Source: Octopus sinensis
Taxonomy: Eukaryota
Length of the DNA stretch: 64,000 bases
Reading direction: 5' to 3'
NCBI RefSeq assembly: GCF_006345805.1
Contig: NC_043002.1
Span: 97,092,001-97,156,000, forward strand
The position numbers and the translations under genes were made by a program. Under the pieces are notes generated by a model. That model was not told where the DNA came from. It was given only the letters and a program-made list of their open reading frames with translations, and did no database searches. Of this stretch, positions 11,646 to 24,334 are shown piece by piece (the first letter of the stretch is position 1; every line of letters begins with the position of its first letter).

Positions 11646-13579
11646 GAAAGGGACATGTCTGTGTAATAATTTAATACGGTGAGCTCACATATTCCTTATC
11701 ATATTGGACACAATGTTAAACGGAATATCTTCCTACGCTTAAGATCAAAATCAATCTGCGGTTAGTTGTACCTTTCATTCCTTCGGAGTCGATAAAATAA
11801 AATACTTTTCCAGTACCCTCGCGCAATGTAATCAGCTTGCACCCTCCTCTCAATATTGCTGGCCTTAAAACCCTGCAATGAACCGACGTTCAGGGTGAAA
11901 ATTCTGATCATGGTCACTTAGACATAATAGAACCGAGTAACCAGCCTTATGTGTCTAAGGCTCGAGAAAAAATATTAATTTTTGAATTCCCGAGATGGAA
12001 TAATATTACGTAACAACTAGTGAAGAGTCTATTATTGCAGTGACCGTCACATGCACAGTGAAAAAAATTAAGATTGAAAATTGTTACTAGGGCCAAGTTA
12101 TAATCCCACTTTCAGACTATATAACTGGCTAGTGTAACATTAATGGCGAGATGATATCCTTTTTTGATTTTGTTTTTGCTAAAGCATGTTACTAACGATT
12201 AAATTTAAGCAAAAAAAACTTAGGACTTTTTGTTTATACAGTAGAATGGGATTAGTTTAACATAGTATGTTAATGGCAGTTTTAATGAACTGTGAAGGAG
12301 GAAATATAAGCCGATACTCGTTAAAATGTATGGATATATGCAATAATTTTCAAATTCCTTTAAAATATCATAAACTATTTCTTTGTTTTATCTACACAAA
12401 TTTCACATTTTAATGATGAACACAAAGAGAAACAAGGAAAAATCAGCAATGCAAGATAAATTCATTCGTTTTCTCACATTTAAAAAAAAAATCATGATAT
12501 CAATTTTCAATGCTATTTGAATTTAAGTATTATGCAAGTGTTTCATGGGGTTTTTTGTGGGGAATGATGTTGCCAGCTTTTACAAGTTTTGTTGACGGGT
12601 TTTGAAATTTGAATAAATCCTTACCTTCGGATGATGGAATCCTAAGTAGAAAGCAACGAAAGAATTTTTCTAACAACCCAATCCTACTCTACTATCCTAG
12701 TCTCGAGATGACTCATTACGATAAATCCTGAATTAGATAAGTGTGTCTCGATGTTGTTCTTATAGATGCGTTCTTCTCACAGTAGAAAATCTACTTCACA
12801 CTTAAAACATCTGATAATTAGTACCCGTAATTAGCCATCATTTCGACGTATGATTATTTAAGTTAGATTCTTTGGTTTTTTTTTTTCAATACAAACAACC
12901 TTTCAATCTGTTCATTTTTTCTTCTAACGGTAAATTAGATTCTTAAAATAGCAGCGCACACTATGTTAGAATGCTTTATTAATTAAAAATTGGATCAGAA
13001 TTTCTAGCATAATTCATTCTCTGGGGCTATATTAAGCTGCTGAGGTTAGAATTAGGCCAAAAAACATCCATAGGAGATTACTTGCGTACTTTAAAGATGA
13101 ATGAAAGTTTCTTTCTTTCTTCTCCCATCATATAATTATTTCTAGTTAGTATTTTAATATTACTTGCTTTAAATATGTGAACACTAAAATATCCACTGAT
13201 TTTTATGTTTTGATTTGTTTTTCAAACTCATCTGAATTATTCAATAAATTTGTTGTGGCATAACAGCATGTAATTAACATTTTGAACAAAAGACTCAAAA
13301 TCTTTCTGTTAGCAATGTTAATTGTATTCCCAATTAAATGAATGCATTATGTAAAATCAAATTCAGATGCCAAATTACAAAGATGTAAGTTTAAGGTAAT
13401 TAAGGAATGGTGTTTTATACTAATACAATTTAATTTTTGTTCTGGCTTTTATTCAATCATTCTTCGATCTTAATATGATTAATAAAATGCTTTAGATTTC
13501 TATTAAATTGTCATAAATATTGGGTTAAAATTTAATCATTTAACCGTTAAACGACTTTAGAAGAACCAATGAGGGAGGC

Positions 13580-13760
13580 TACATGGTCATTCCATTTGTT
13601 AGATATAGCAGTCAAATTTACTTTGGTTCATTTTAGATAAGTACATACTGGAGAATGATATTTTAAGTTCCCTAAACATGAGAAAACGACAGGATGGTCA
13701 TAACTGGAGTGCCTTTGACCACAAGTCTGCTAACTAGATGCTAAACAATAGCAATAAAAC
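13580..13760 (+). repeat. Old unclassified repeat tail (...GGATGGTCAT...CTAAACAA)
   Basis: Similar to 54380-54590; heavily diverged. Confidence 0.35.
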
Positions 13761-14297
13761 AATTACTTCAACAGTGTTTCGGTGAGTGTCTCTATGCAGA
13801 CTCTAGACTTGCTAGAATTAGCAGTCAAATCTTCTTCAAATCACATCCTACTGACCTAAATGCGTAACAAAAAATATGCATTCTATAATGTGGACCTATG
13901 TACCCTTAATATATGTCTGCTCAATCACAAGTTTAATAATCTTAGACTGAAGAATGAATATTGGTTTCAAATTTTGACACAACGCAAACAGTTTCTGAAC
14001 AGCAGGAAAGTCAATTAAGTTGACCCCCACCCCGTGTTAAACTGGTACTATTTTATCGATTCCGAAATATTAGAGGAAAAGCCGACATCAGCGGAGTTTA
14101 GACTCAGATCATGAAGACGAACAAAATGCCGCCAAGCATTGTGTTCAGCGTGCTAAAGAGTCTGTTAGGTCGCCGTCTTAATGAAATATGGGACACTTCA
14201 CGAATTTGCATCATCTTTGTGCAAGGGCTATGCTAATCTGCTCTGAATCCTTCCGATTCCAGAATATGCTCTGCTGAAAAATAAATATTGATTTCAG

Positions 14298-14502
14298 ATT
14301 TGGCACAAGGCCAGAAATTTCGAGGAAGGAGTCGAGTCGATTACATCGACGCAAGTGTTCCAACTGGTACTTCTTTTATCGACATCGAAAGGATGAGAGG
14401 CGAAGTTGACTTCGGCGGAATTTGAACTCTGAACGTAACGCCAGACGAAATACCTGTAAGCATTTTGTCTGTTGTGCTAACGATTCTGCCATCTTGACGC
14501 CT
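14298..14502 (-). mobile_element. SINE family C, diverged
   Basis: GGCACAAGGCCAGAAATTT...GAAAGGATGAGAGGCGAAGTTGACTTCGGCGGAATTTGAAC...GCC. Confidence 0.8.
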
Positions 14503-14581
14503 TTAGCTGAAAAATGAATATTAAAATCATATCAGTAAGAAAACATGTATAATTATACTTGAAGGTAGTTGAAAATATTTG

Positions 14582-14627
<46 letters not shown>

Positions 14628-14651
14628 ATACTAATACTACTACTACTAGTA

Positions 14652-14688
<37 letters not shown>

Positions 14689-14716
14689 CACTACTATTAC
14701 TTCTACTACTACTGAT
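14582..14716. repeat. (ACT)n/(GCT)n microsatellite
   Basis: Direct reading. Confidence 0.95.
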
Positions 14717-15784
14717 GTTGCTTCTGTTGCTACAATAAACCAAAGTTAATTAGACTAAACTCAAATTTCCTAACTCGACGATACTGTAAAACTAAAGTGT
14801 GTTAACAGTTTCCAGCGCATAATTTGTTTCACAACCAGAGAAACAACTGACTATCCTACCTCCGATAACAAAATCCGGTCTATTGGCGAAATAGTTCGAT
14901 CAGTGTGAACAGTTAAGCCCCATAGAACTGTAATATCTTCATTCTCCACTTCAGCACGCTTATATCTCCCACGTCCAATATTATCTGAATTCTGAGAAAA
15001 ACATTATGCAAGAGTTTTATGGCATGTTTGTAGCTTTAGCTTTCCTTTACCACTTTTGTCGATTGCTTTTGAAATTTGAATAAATTATACCTTCGGACAG
15101 TGGAGTCCCGACAAAACATATCTGTTCATAGGCATTTAAACCCTAACAGACTGCAACAATTTTGTACAAATATTTGTAAAAGCAAATACAAGGACCTTGA
15201 AACAGAAGTTTCATAAATGTTCCATCAAAATCGACAATTGTATCCGTAATCATCAAAGCTTTAGTGATAAAAAAGAAATGGCACTCTTAACCGCTAAGCC
15301 GGTTAGCTAGACATCTTAACGTTTCAGAACTCAAATAAATTGTCCTCTTGAGAGTTGCCCAGTCCTAAGAAAAACATTATCAGTTTGAGAATACTTGATT
15401 CTCATAAAGTGTTTCAAAATCGAGAATATTACAAATTTAACAGATGCTTAGTTCCCTAATCGTCTCCTTTCCCAACAAAAATATCGATGCTAATCTGCAA
15501 TAAAACTTCAACTTGCTGTAACTTGAGGTCTCTGAGCGAGATTTGGAATAGCTCGAGTGAATCAAAGAATCAATATACGGAAACAACGAAAATAGCAACA
15601 ACAATAATAATTTTTTACTTTATTAGACACAAGATCCAAAACATTTAAAACATGTCACAAAGAGATACGAGATATTTTAGTATGAAAATACTATATATAT
15701 ATATATATATATACTATTAATATTAATATTATTATTATAATCATCATCCTCATCATTATTATTATTATTAAATAATAAATCAAA

Positions 15785-17170
15785 TGGTATACACTTAAGA
15801 GCTTACCGGTAAAACACGTTCACTTTCGTAGTGTTTGTTTGGTATTTGAAAAATGAGAGAGACGTGAAGATGGTAGATACGAGAAAGGTTATAGATCACT
15901 AGAATTGTTTCGACCCATCTAGCACCGAAACCTCACGGGTGGGATACTGAGCAATTGGTTTAGGAGTATCCGTCGGTGTAGATGTGTCTCTTCTGTTGAT
16001 TACATGATGTATCTCGTTAAAATAACGTCTGTTCTGCAAGTTTTCCTTTCGGCATGTGTATAGAAAAGCAGCAAATTAAGGAATACATATAGAAGATCAA
16101 TAAAAGTCAGATGCAAAGAGAAACACATACAAATAGAAATAAAAATATCAAATGTAACCTTTAGAAGATATACATGTATAAACGCCCTCGCTTAGGTTGT
16201 ATGGTGCACGTACATTCACTCGTACAAGCTTGCACAAATTTATAAGTGTAGCACAGGCGTTGTTTGGCGCACATACGTTCACACAGCGAATTAGATAAAT
16301 ACTTTGTGTTTATAAGAATGGGTTGGTTACATTTAATTCATCCATACTGCAAAGTAAATTATGGCTATTAATTTGGTTAAGGAATACTCAGATTCATTCT
16401 CACTGCACTGTGCGAAAGTGCATTTATAAGCATACAGACATCTTGACAAGCTTTCAGAAATCGTAATAATGACCATCTCAGTGGTCCACATAAAAGACGG
16501 ATTCCTGGGAGCTTAGTCTGCATATCCTGCAAAGGGTATATACGGTTGTACATGCCTAATTATGGAACAAGTTACATCACATTTCATTTGTTCCCCCTTA
16601 GGTCGTCACACAACGTCAACCAAAGACGTCGAATGGCTCTTGTTGATGTTCTTGAAGCTGGCGAGATGATTGCGATAATGATTCTTGAATGAATCAACTG
16701 TTGCCTCAGTGTAAACGTAGGGTCCTTCCCTTTTGTGTACGGTGCATTTATATACAAGATTCATACTCATACAGAGGGTCATCACTGGGCATTTTGTTTG
16801 TTATCTGCATGAGCATTTATTAGATTTAGTAGTGTGTGTGCCAGTGCTGACTTCAATTTCTCACGTTGTTACCATGTCGGCTCTGTCACTATTATTTGTA
16901 CTATCAAGATGTAGCCGTAGCGGTTACTTTTCATTCTGGTTGGTATTTCCTTTCATTAGATTTTGATGTATATATTTGCAGCCTTTTCTGTTTATCGAGG
17001 CGAGAGTAGTTGGCCCATAAGATATAGTTCCAAGAGATGGGTCACTGAACTGTTGGTTCATTTTACTGTTATTAACGGGGTGTATATGTGGCTCTAAATT
17101 AGCGCTTGATTCCTTCATAATGTGTTTATAGAAAATAGCATGATATCTATTTGATTTTGGGAATTTTGTC
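15785..17170 (-). mobile_element. Decayed Penelope-like element (Cys-rich linker + GIY-YIG endonuclease + 3' end with decayed hammerhead at 15897-15941)
   Basis: Peptides KFPKSNRYHAIF, NKCSCR*QTKCPVMTLC, NLVYKCTV...YVYTEATVDSFKNHYRNHLASFK...STSLVDVV*RPK, LCRIC, SLSRC are the PLE GIY-YIG region with several stops and frameshifts. Confidence 0.8.
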
Positions 17171-17269
17171 TAAAGCGACAAAACATATCCTAGCGATCCT
17201 CGTTGAAACATTACAACCGTGGATTTGGTTGTACCAGAGTACATCATGATTCTCATATATATATATATA

Positions 17270-17446
17270 TATATTTCTCTCCTTTTTCTCTCCTTGTTTC
17301 TCCCCTTTTTTCTGTGTCTCTTTCTGTAGAAGAGCGTAGACTCGAAACGTAAAAGACTTTGTCTATTCCTGAGCGTTATACTAATACATCTGTTTGTTTT
17401 GTATACCACCAGTCTTCGTCTTTTGTTTTTCTAGTAAACTCTCCCT

Positions 17447-17450
<4 letters not shown>
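17270..17450 (+). mobile_element. Penelope-type terminal fragment, family G, with hammerhead-like motif at 17319-17356
   Basis: UCUUU-CUGUAGA-A-GAG CGUAGA CUC-GAAAC GUA-AAAGA; flanked by (TA)n. Confidence 0.55.
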
Positions 17451-17577
<127 letters not shown>

Positions 17578-17648
17578 AAGTTGAAAAGGAACACACGGGT
17601 TAATATATAGAGGTAGAAAATGCTAAATTGATTCTATAAAAATCATTT

Positions 17649-17684
17649 CAATACCGGTTTCAGTCATTGAGACTTTTTCAACTG
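17649..17684 (-). ncRNA. Minimal hammerhead-like motif, U3-A8 core variant
   Basis: Minus strand: CAG-UUGAAAA-AGUC UCAAU GACU-GAAAC CG GUA-UUG; 4-bp stem II, ACCGGU palindrome, 3-bp stem I. Confidence 0.5.
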
Positions 17685-17714
17685 TAAGTATGGAAAACAA
17701 TTAAATTTTGGAAA

Positions 17715-17910
17715 AATTAAAAGAAAACATTTTAAAAGAATATTTGTATAGTATTCAAATACAAGAGGCATTTTCCTTATTTCTGCCTGTTACTGTCTTT
17801 CTTGCTTACTCTTGTGTAAACAAGAGAGACAGAGACAGGCAGAAACAAGGAAAATGCCCCTTGTATTTGAATACTATATAAATATTGTCTTAAAAACTTT
17901 TCTTTTAATT
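17715..17910. repeat. Imperfect fold-back inverted repeat (~195 bp)
   Basis: ATAGTATTCAAATACAAGAGGCATTTTCCTTATTTCTGCCTGT pairs with ACAGGCAGAAACAAGGAAAATGCCCCTTGTATTTGAATACTAT; pairing extends both inward and outward. Confidence 0.9.
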
Positions 17911-18611
17911 ATTAGCGTATCCGCGTCAGTTGAGAGAGGACAAGCTTATTTGTTACTGCATTATGTCGAATAATTTGTGATAAATTGTCGAGTAAATCGT
18001 AATAATGAAATGAAACAAAATGATGATATTTAAAAGCATTTAATACGTATGTTTCAGATCTTCAGTTAATAATACATTTTGGTATTTTGATCTATATTAA
18101 CTGAAGATGATGTGGCGAAAGTGGAATATTTCTAATTACATATGTCACAGATCTAAAACGCATGTATTAAATTATACGATAAACATATACATAGATAATA
18201 CACACATACATAATATATAGATAATATATAGATAATATATAGATAATATAGAGATAATACACACATACATACACACGCGCGCGCGCACACACACACACAC
18301 TCACACACACACACACACACGCACACATATATATATATATATAAAAGGTGGATGCAGTCAAATGACTGAAACAAGTAAATGAATAAAAGAATATATATAT
18401 GAATGTATGTGTGTGTATGCATGCGTACATGTATGTACGTATGTTTGTATGCATGTATTTATGTATGTGTATGTATTTTTTCTTTAATTTAAAGAAATTA
18501 AAGAAAAATATATATATACAGAAATATATATATATGTGTGTGTATGTATATATGCTATCAGTTAACGGTTTATAGCAGTCATCTCAACATTTATTCTAAT
18601 CGGTATATCTT

Positions 18612-18710
18612 ACTACCCCTGAAGAGATTCATCTTATAATGATTTTAATTTTATAAATTAATTATCTAAAGTTTACAGAATCGAAACAGCTCTCAGAGCT
18701 GTTGTCATAT
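18612..18710 (+). ncRNA. Decayed hammerhead-like motif with long loop II
   Basis: CUGAAGA, stem II GAUUC/GAAUC, GAAAC, stem III ACAGCUCU-C-AGAGCUGU, GUU triplet; stem I is not restorable. Confidence 0.35.
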
Positions 18711-19603
18711 TTTATGATTAATAAATAATATTTAATTAATTACCTCGCCATTTCCTCTTTATTCTTTAACTATATAAATATGTAAACCACGGCTTATATG
18801 GGTACCATATAGTTCAACTTTCTATGGATTGCTAACTAACCAGTATTTTCATTGGATTTATTATCCCTTAATGTGGTTTATAACCTTTACTTGAATTTAT
18901 TGTATATATATATATATATGATGATAATGATGATGATGATGAAGATTGCTTTATCTTGAGAGATGATACCCGTCCCTTCAACGCACATCACACACCATCA
19001 CACAGCACAATCACTCCGTTCATAAGCCCTTAGGTGACTTTTAAGAGAAGCTGCTGACTGACAGGGTCTAAAACACAAGTGACAGGTATTATTCAAGTTT
19101 CTTCTTTATCTTTGCAATTTGGAATCTGATTCTGAAGGAATATTTTTGTGACTTAGCATATGTCTTTTTTTCCAGATATTGTCTTTTCCAGATATTGTCT
19201 ATTACGCAAAAGTGTCGCAGGTCCAAAACATTGCACTTTTCGAAAATGAAAAAAATAGCTTCACTACTCCATAGCAAAACCGTTGTACTACACTTTGACA
19301 ATTGTTGTTATCTTGGCATCTGAAGCAGCTGGGAATACAATAGTTTGACCAAACGAACTGGCTCTTAGAAGCGAAAAAAGATATTTATTTCGTTATTTCC
19401 TACAGGGGCTAATCATAGAGGGTGCAAACAGCGCGTAACTGGTACTTTTTTAATCGACCCTAAAGTATTATAGGTAAAGTCGACATCGGCGGAATAAAAA
19501 AAAATGAATATTGAAAATTTCGCATTTCGCCAAATCTGGACATGCGACAGTTTAACATAATAGCAATAAAAGATACATATATAGATACATACACACACAC
19601 ACA

Positions 19604-19650
<47 letters not shown>

Positions 19651-19653
<3 letters not shown>

Positions 19654-19818
19654 GACGGGCTTCTTTCAGTTTCCGTCTACCAAATCCACTCACAAGGCTT
19701 CGGTCGATCTGAAGCTATAGTAGAGAAAACACTTGCCCAAGGTGACACGCAGTGCGACTGAACCGGAACTATGTGGTTGGTAAACAAGCTACTTACTACA
19801 TAGACAATCGTGTGCCTA
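19651..19818 (-). mobile_element. SINE family B, 5' half
   Basis: Matches the head of the full-length copies. Confidence 0.8.
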
Positions 19819-20027
19819 TAGATATATATATAATAATATATATATATATATATATATTATAGTATCAATAATAATATAGGGTGAAATCAATTAATTTGGA
19901 GTAATCATAATTTCACCAAGTAGATTTCGGCATGTAAAAGCCCCATTCGAGGAACGTTTAAGTAATACTAAGTATTAAGGGTTTAGCAACGATTTGCCAA
20001 TACACAATTATCTATAATTGTAGAGTC

Positions 20028-20111
20028 CTACGCTGAGGAGAAAAGTAGTCGGGTAAGACATAATTATTTAATTTTTATGCTCTCCTACGACTTAATTTCG
20101 AAACGTATATA
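20028..20111 (+). ncRNA. Hammerhead-like motif with intact core and long stem II
   Basis: UACG-CUGAGGA-GAAA...AGUCG/CGACU...UUUC-GAAAC GUA-UAUA; stem I has 3 of 4 pairs; the host element lies between (TA)n tracts. Confidence 0.4.
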
Positions 20112-20118
20112 ATATATA

Positions 20119-20182
<64 letters not shown>

Positions 20183-20345
20183 GCTGAATTCAATTTGTAA
20201 AGCATATATTTTTGTTTGTTGTTTTCTAAACTAAAGCCTGAAACTCGCGTGCTGATTTTTAGCCCTGTTTTATCTGAAGGTATTGGTAGCATGAAACTCA
20301 GTCACGAGACAAAATTAAGCAATAGTTGCGATAAAACGACATAAC

Positions 20346-20735
20346 GACAGGAGTGGCTGTGTGGTAAGTAGCTTGCTAACCAACCACATGGTTCCGGGTT
20401 CAGTCCCACTGCGTGGCATCTTGGGCAAGTGTCTTCTGCTATAGCCCCGGGCCGACCAATGCCTTGTGAGTGGATTTGGTAGACGGAAACTGAAAGTAGC
20501 CTGTCGTATATATGTATATATATATGTATGTGTGTGTGTTTGTCCCCCTAGCATTGCTTGACAATCGATGCTGGTGTGTTTACGTCTCCGTCACTTAGCG
20601 GTTCGGCAAAAGAGACCGATAGAATAAGTACTGGGCTTACAAAGAATAAGTCCCGGGGTTGATTTGCTCGACTAAAGGCGGTGCTCCAGCACGGCCGCAG
20701 TCAAATGACTGAAACAAGTAAAAGAGTAAAGAGTA
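20346..20735 (+). mobile_element. SINE family B, full length
   Basis: Near-identical to the copies at 49445-49863 and 56563-56975. Confidence 0.9.
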
Positions 20736-21409
20736 ACTCTTACAACATATATTGGGCACTCTCTTCTCGATCATTCAACATAAAGCAACACACATATCCA
20801 TGCATAATCTCTCGCACACACACACACACATACATACATGTGTGTGTGTGTCCATAATTAGAGGTTGGTAGCAGCAGCATCCACAATTTTCCTCATTTAT
20901 TAATACATAAATTAAATAAAATCATATGAATTTGTTATGCTTTCGATAAATAGCACTAAAAAAGATGCTGATAATCATCAATTGATCCGAAAACGTTCGT
21001 CCACTGAGGATCATTGCACCAATGATATCGGGAACGTCGTCCCAACTGATTTTCATTAATGTATGATTAAAATAAATAACAAATATATAACCTACAAAAA
21101 ATTATACATTTGTTTGGAAAACTTTTATTTTTACGTATTTTTTTAAACATGATTGTATTCATTTAAAATATTTTTTTCCAAATGAATTATTTGTCTAATT
21201 AGGAAAAATGTGCAATGTCTATTCCGGTGGTGGGGATATAGAATGTCCTTAACTCTCCCCAAAATATATAGAAAGTATAAGAATCTGTACAATAGCCAAA
21301 GTCCGGAGCCAAGAGGACGTGAGCACCCCGTTAGACACTTCAGTTAACTAAGTTCGAAATTATGACCTAGGAATTCAAGTAACTCAAGCGATATAGCGTC
21401 ATATATATA

Positions 21410-21484
<75 letters not shown>

Positions 21485-21689
21485 AAGAAAGAATGGAGTC
21501 GAACGAAGATGTTAACAAAATTCCTCAAATTCTGCACATGACCCCAGAGTTTCTACCTTGACAGGTCGCTTCAACCGTGTTTCTGACGTGAATTGCTACC
21601 CAGGTTTCGGTTAAACGATTTTCCATGCTGACGATAAAACTAGGATAATTCATTCACCTACTTATATATGTATATATGTATGTACGTAT

Positions 21690-22275
21690 GTCATTATGCA
21701 GTTTATTTCAACATTTCTTGCCAATAGACGAAAAACCGGTTTCTAACCTAGATCCAAGGCTCCTTCATTAGAATTTCAACATCAGCAACAGGGTACATTT
21801 ATATGTATGTATGTATCTATGTATGTGAAGATTTGTATGTTTATGTATGTATTCCCATGCATATATTTGCATATCAAGACATGCTCATATATATTTAATT
21901 GATAAACTTCTGGAAAGTTTTACAGATTTTTACAGTTCCAGTGATTGCTTGGATATGTAGTCTTCAAATTCGCTTTCTCATTTCTGGCTTTGAGAAACGT
22001 CACTTTTCAAGACTGGCATTTAGGTAGTGTGTTACATATCCCAGGGCTCCAATAATTACAGGTATAAACCTGAACTTATAATCTGAATAGACTAACTGCA
22101 GATTTCTCAATAGTTCAGCACAAGTGTTCTCTTTTTCACTGATCTTCAACTTCATGTTCATATCCGCTGGGCAGCTAAATTACACGACTGTGCACAGTTT
22201 CTCTTCTTTATTCCAAATCATTATATCAGGTCTTTTGTGCTTACATCTTATTGAGGTCTTCACTAGTATTCCTTT
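21690..22275 (-). mobile_element. 3' fragment of an RLE non-LTR retrotransposon (second lineage)
   Basis: HKRPDIMIWNKEEKLCTVV*FSCPAD...EKENTCAELLRNLQLVYSDYKFRFIPVIIGALG (RPD...E..K restriction-like endonuclease); AATAAA then (CATA)n at the 3' end. Confidence 0.8.
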
Positions 22276-22880
22276 TTTTTATGAGTGGCTGTGGCTTCTT
22301 ATGTATGAAAGTATGTATGTATTATGTATGTATGTGTATGTATGTGCGTGTGTAGGAATATTTATATATATGTGTATGTGTATATCTTTTATCTTTTCTG
22401 TTTTATTTATTTCAGCCACTGGACTGCGGTCATGCTGGAGCAACGTCTTGAAGGGTTTTAGACGAAGTGATCCAACTGAGTACTTGTTTATTGAACTTCT
22501 TACATATTCTGTCGGTATCTTTTGTCGACATAAAGGAACCAACACCCGTTTTCAGGCCAGGGTTGGGGCGACAAACACTTACAAATACGTACACATGTCT
22601 GTGTATGTGAGTATGTCAATGTGCGTGTATGTATGCATGTATCTATATGTCTGTGCAAGTATGTATTTATGAATGTATATATATATATATAAATATATAT
22701 ATACGTAAATTAGTTATCTGTATCTTAATATAAGCGTTCCCTGATGATCTGTTGTAGTTGAGCATCTGAATGCACTTGGAACACCTTTTGCAGAGTACTT
22801 AATAATCCAAATGGTGAAACGTGCGTAGGAACTATAACATAACCTTATGGTTATCTTTATTTCCCTCATATATATACATA

Positions 22881-22963
<83 letters not shown>

Positions 22964-22980
22964 ACATCTATCAATATATG

Positions 22981-23067
<87 letters not shown>
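22881..23067. repeat. (TATC)n(TA)n(TG)n compound microsatellite
   Basis: Direct reading. Confidence 0.97.
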
Positions 23068-23069
<2 letters not shown>

Positions 23070-24334
23070 TATTTAATAAACACAATATATATTTTTATAT
23101 GCTACTATCAATTTCATGTGCTGAGAGAATGCGAGACAGCATTTCCAAACACGTCTGGTGTCCTAGCACAATCATCAGGCACTGCCCACATGGCATTTCG
23201 GACTAAAAATGTGACTATAAGATAACAGAAAATCTAGAAAACGCGAGAAAGAAGTAGATATAGAAGATGGAAGATTTTTCAGCCTTCCGCATTTTATATA
23301 TATATCTATTTCTTTATCACACACAAATTTGAAATTGAAATTTAAATACCTTATCATCGGGAACTTAATATTGTCATCAAGCGGAAATTCTAATGTAAAG
23401 GAAATTCCAATGTCCACAATGAAGGGAGAGAACATTCGGTGTTTTGGAGATGTTGATACTAAGAGGAAATTGTGGAAATATATTAGGGGAATTAACTGTA
23501 AGCAGGTTACAATAAAATGATATAAAATTAACTATGAGTGTCCGAAACGAGTGTACAAATTCCTCGTACACTCATTTTGTAGGATAATGATATATTTGAT
23601 AAACCAACTGTGTGGAAATGAGAACGTGAAAATAAATTGAGGTACATGGAAGTGATATGAAAAATAGGCAAATATATTTTAAAAAGTTACGAAGATGCCA
23701 TCATATGATGTCTAGATTTCAGCCAGCGAACTGGCAGAAACTTTCGCGCGTCGGACAAAATTCTTAGTGGCAATTCCTCCGGCTCTTTACGTTCTGTTTT
23801 GTTCCTATCCTACCAAAGAAGACCTTTCTTTTTGTCGATGGTCGATAGAATATATACCAGTTTAGCACTGGAATCGATGTAATCGACTAAGGCACTTCCC
23901 ACTGGCCTAATGCCAAAATTTGAAACCATATGATGACTAGATTTCAAACGTAGCTTGGAAAGAGAATGAACGCATAAATGAATGTAAAACAAAACCTCAT
24001 TTCTATCGGGAAGCCACAAAGGAAATTAAGGGAATGAAACTCTATTGCAATTTCTGTACGTATCAATCACTGCCAGAAGAGTAATTCAATTTGTTTGTTC
24101 GTTCGTTTATTTGTTTGTTTTGGCAAATATTTTCCCAAACATTCAAGAAAACTGGAAGAGAAACTAACTAAAAATATTTGAACAATATTAGGTGACAGAA
24201 TGACTGGAAGACAAAAATAATTGCTCGAATTAATCAAAACAGATTCAACGTGGATACTTTGAATGGGATAAGACACTTCTGATAAATTATGATCTATTAC
24301 TAGATGTAATTATTTTTTCTCATTCTGAAACAAG

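Noticed and set aside
12540-15110. Two similar ~50-bp blocks (TTTGAAATTTGAATAAAT...ACCTTCGGA) at ~12600 and ~15070
   Set aside because: Most likely copies of an old dispersed repeat; no further structure was found.
21725-21780. Minus-strand CUAAUGA...GAAACCGGUU in the RLE 3' UTR
   Set aside because: G5 is missing and stems I and II do not close on the core.
23115-23185. Minus-strand CUGAUGA...GAAA-UGC-loop-GCA-UU hammerhead-like string
   Set aside because: Stem I does not pair next to the cleavage site and stem II is poorly closed.
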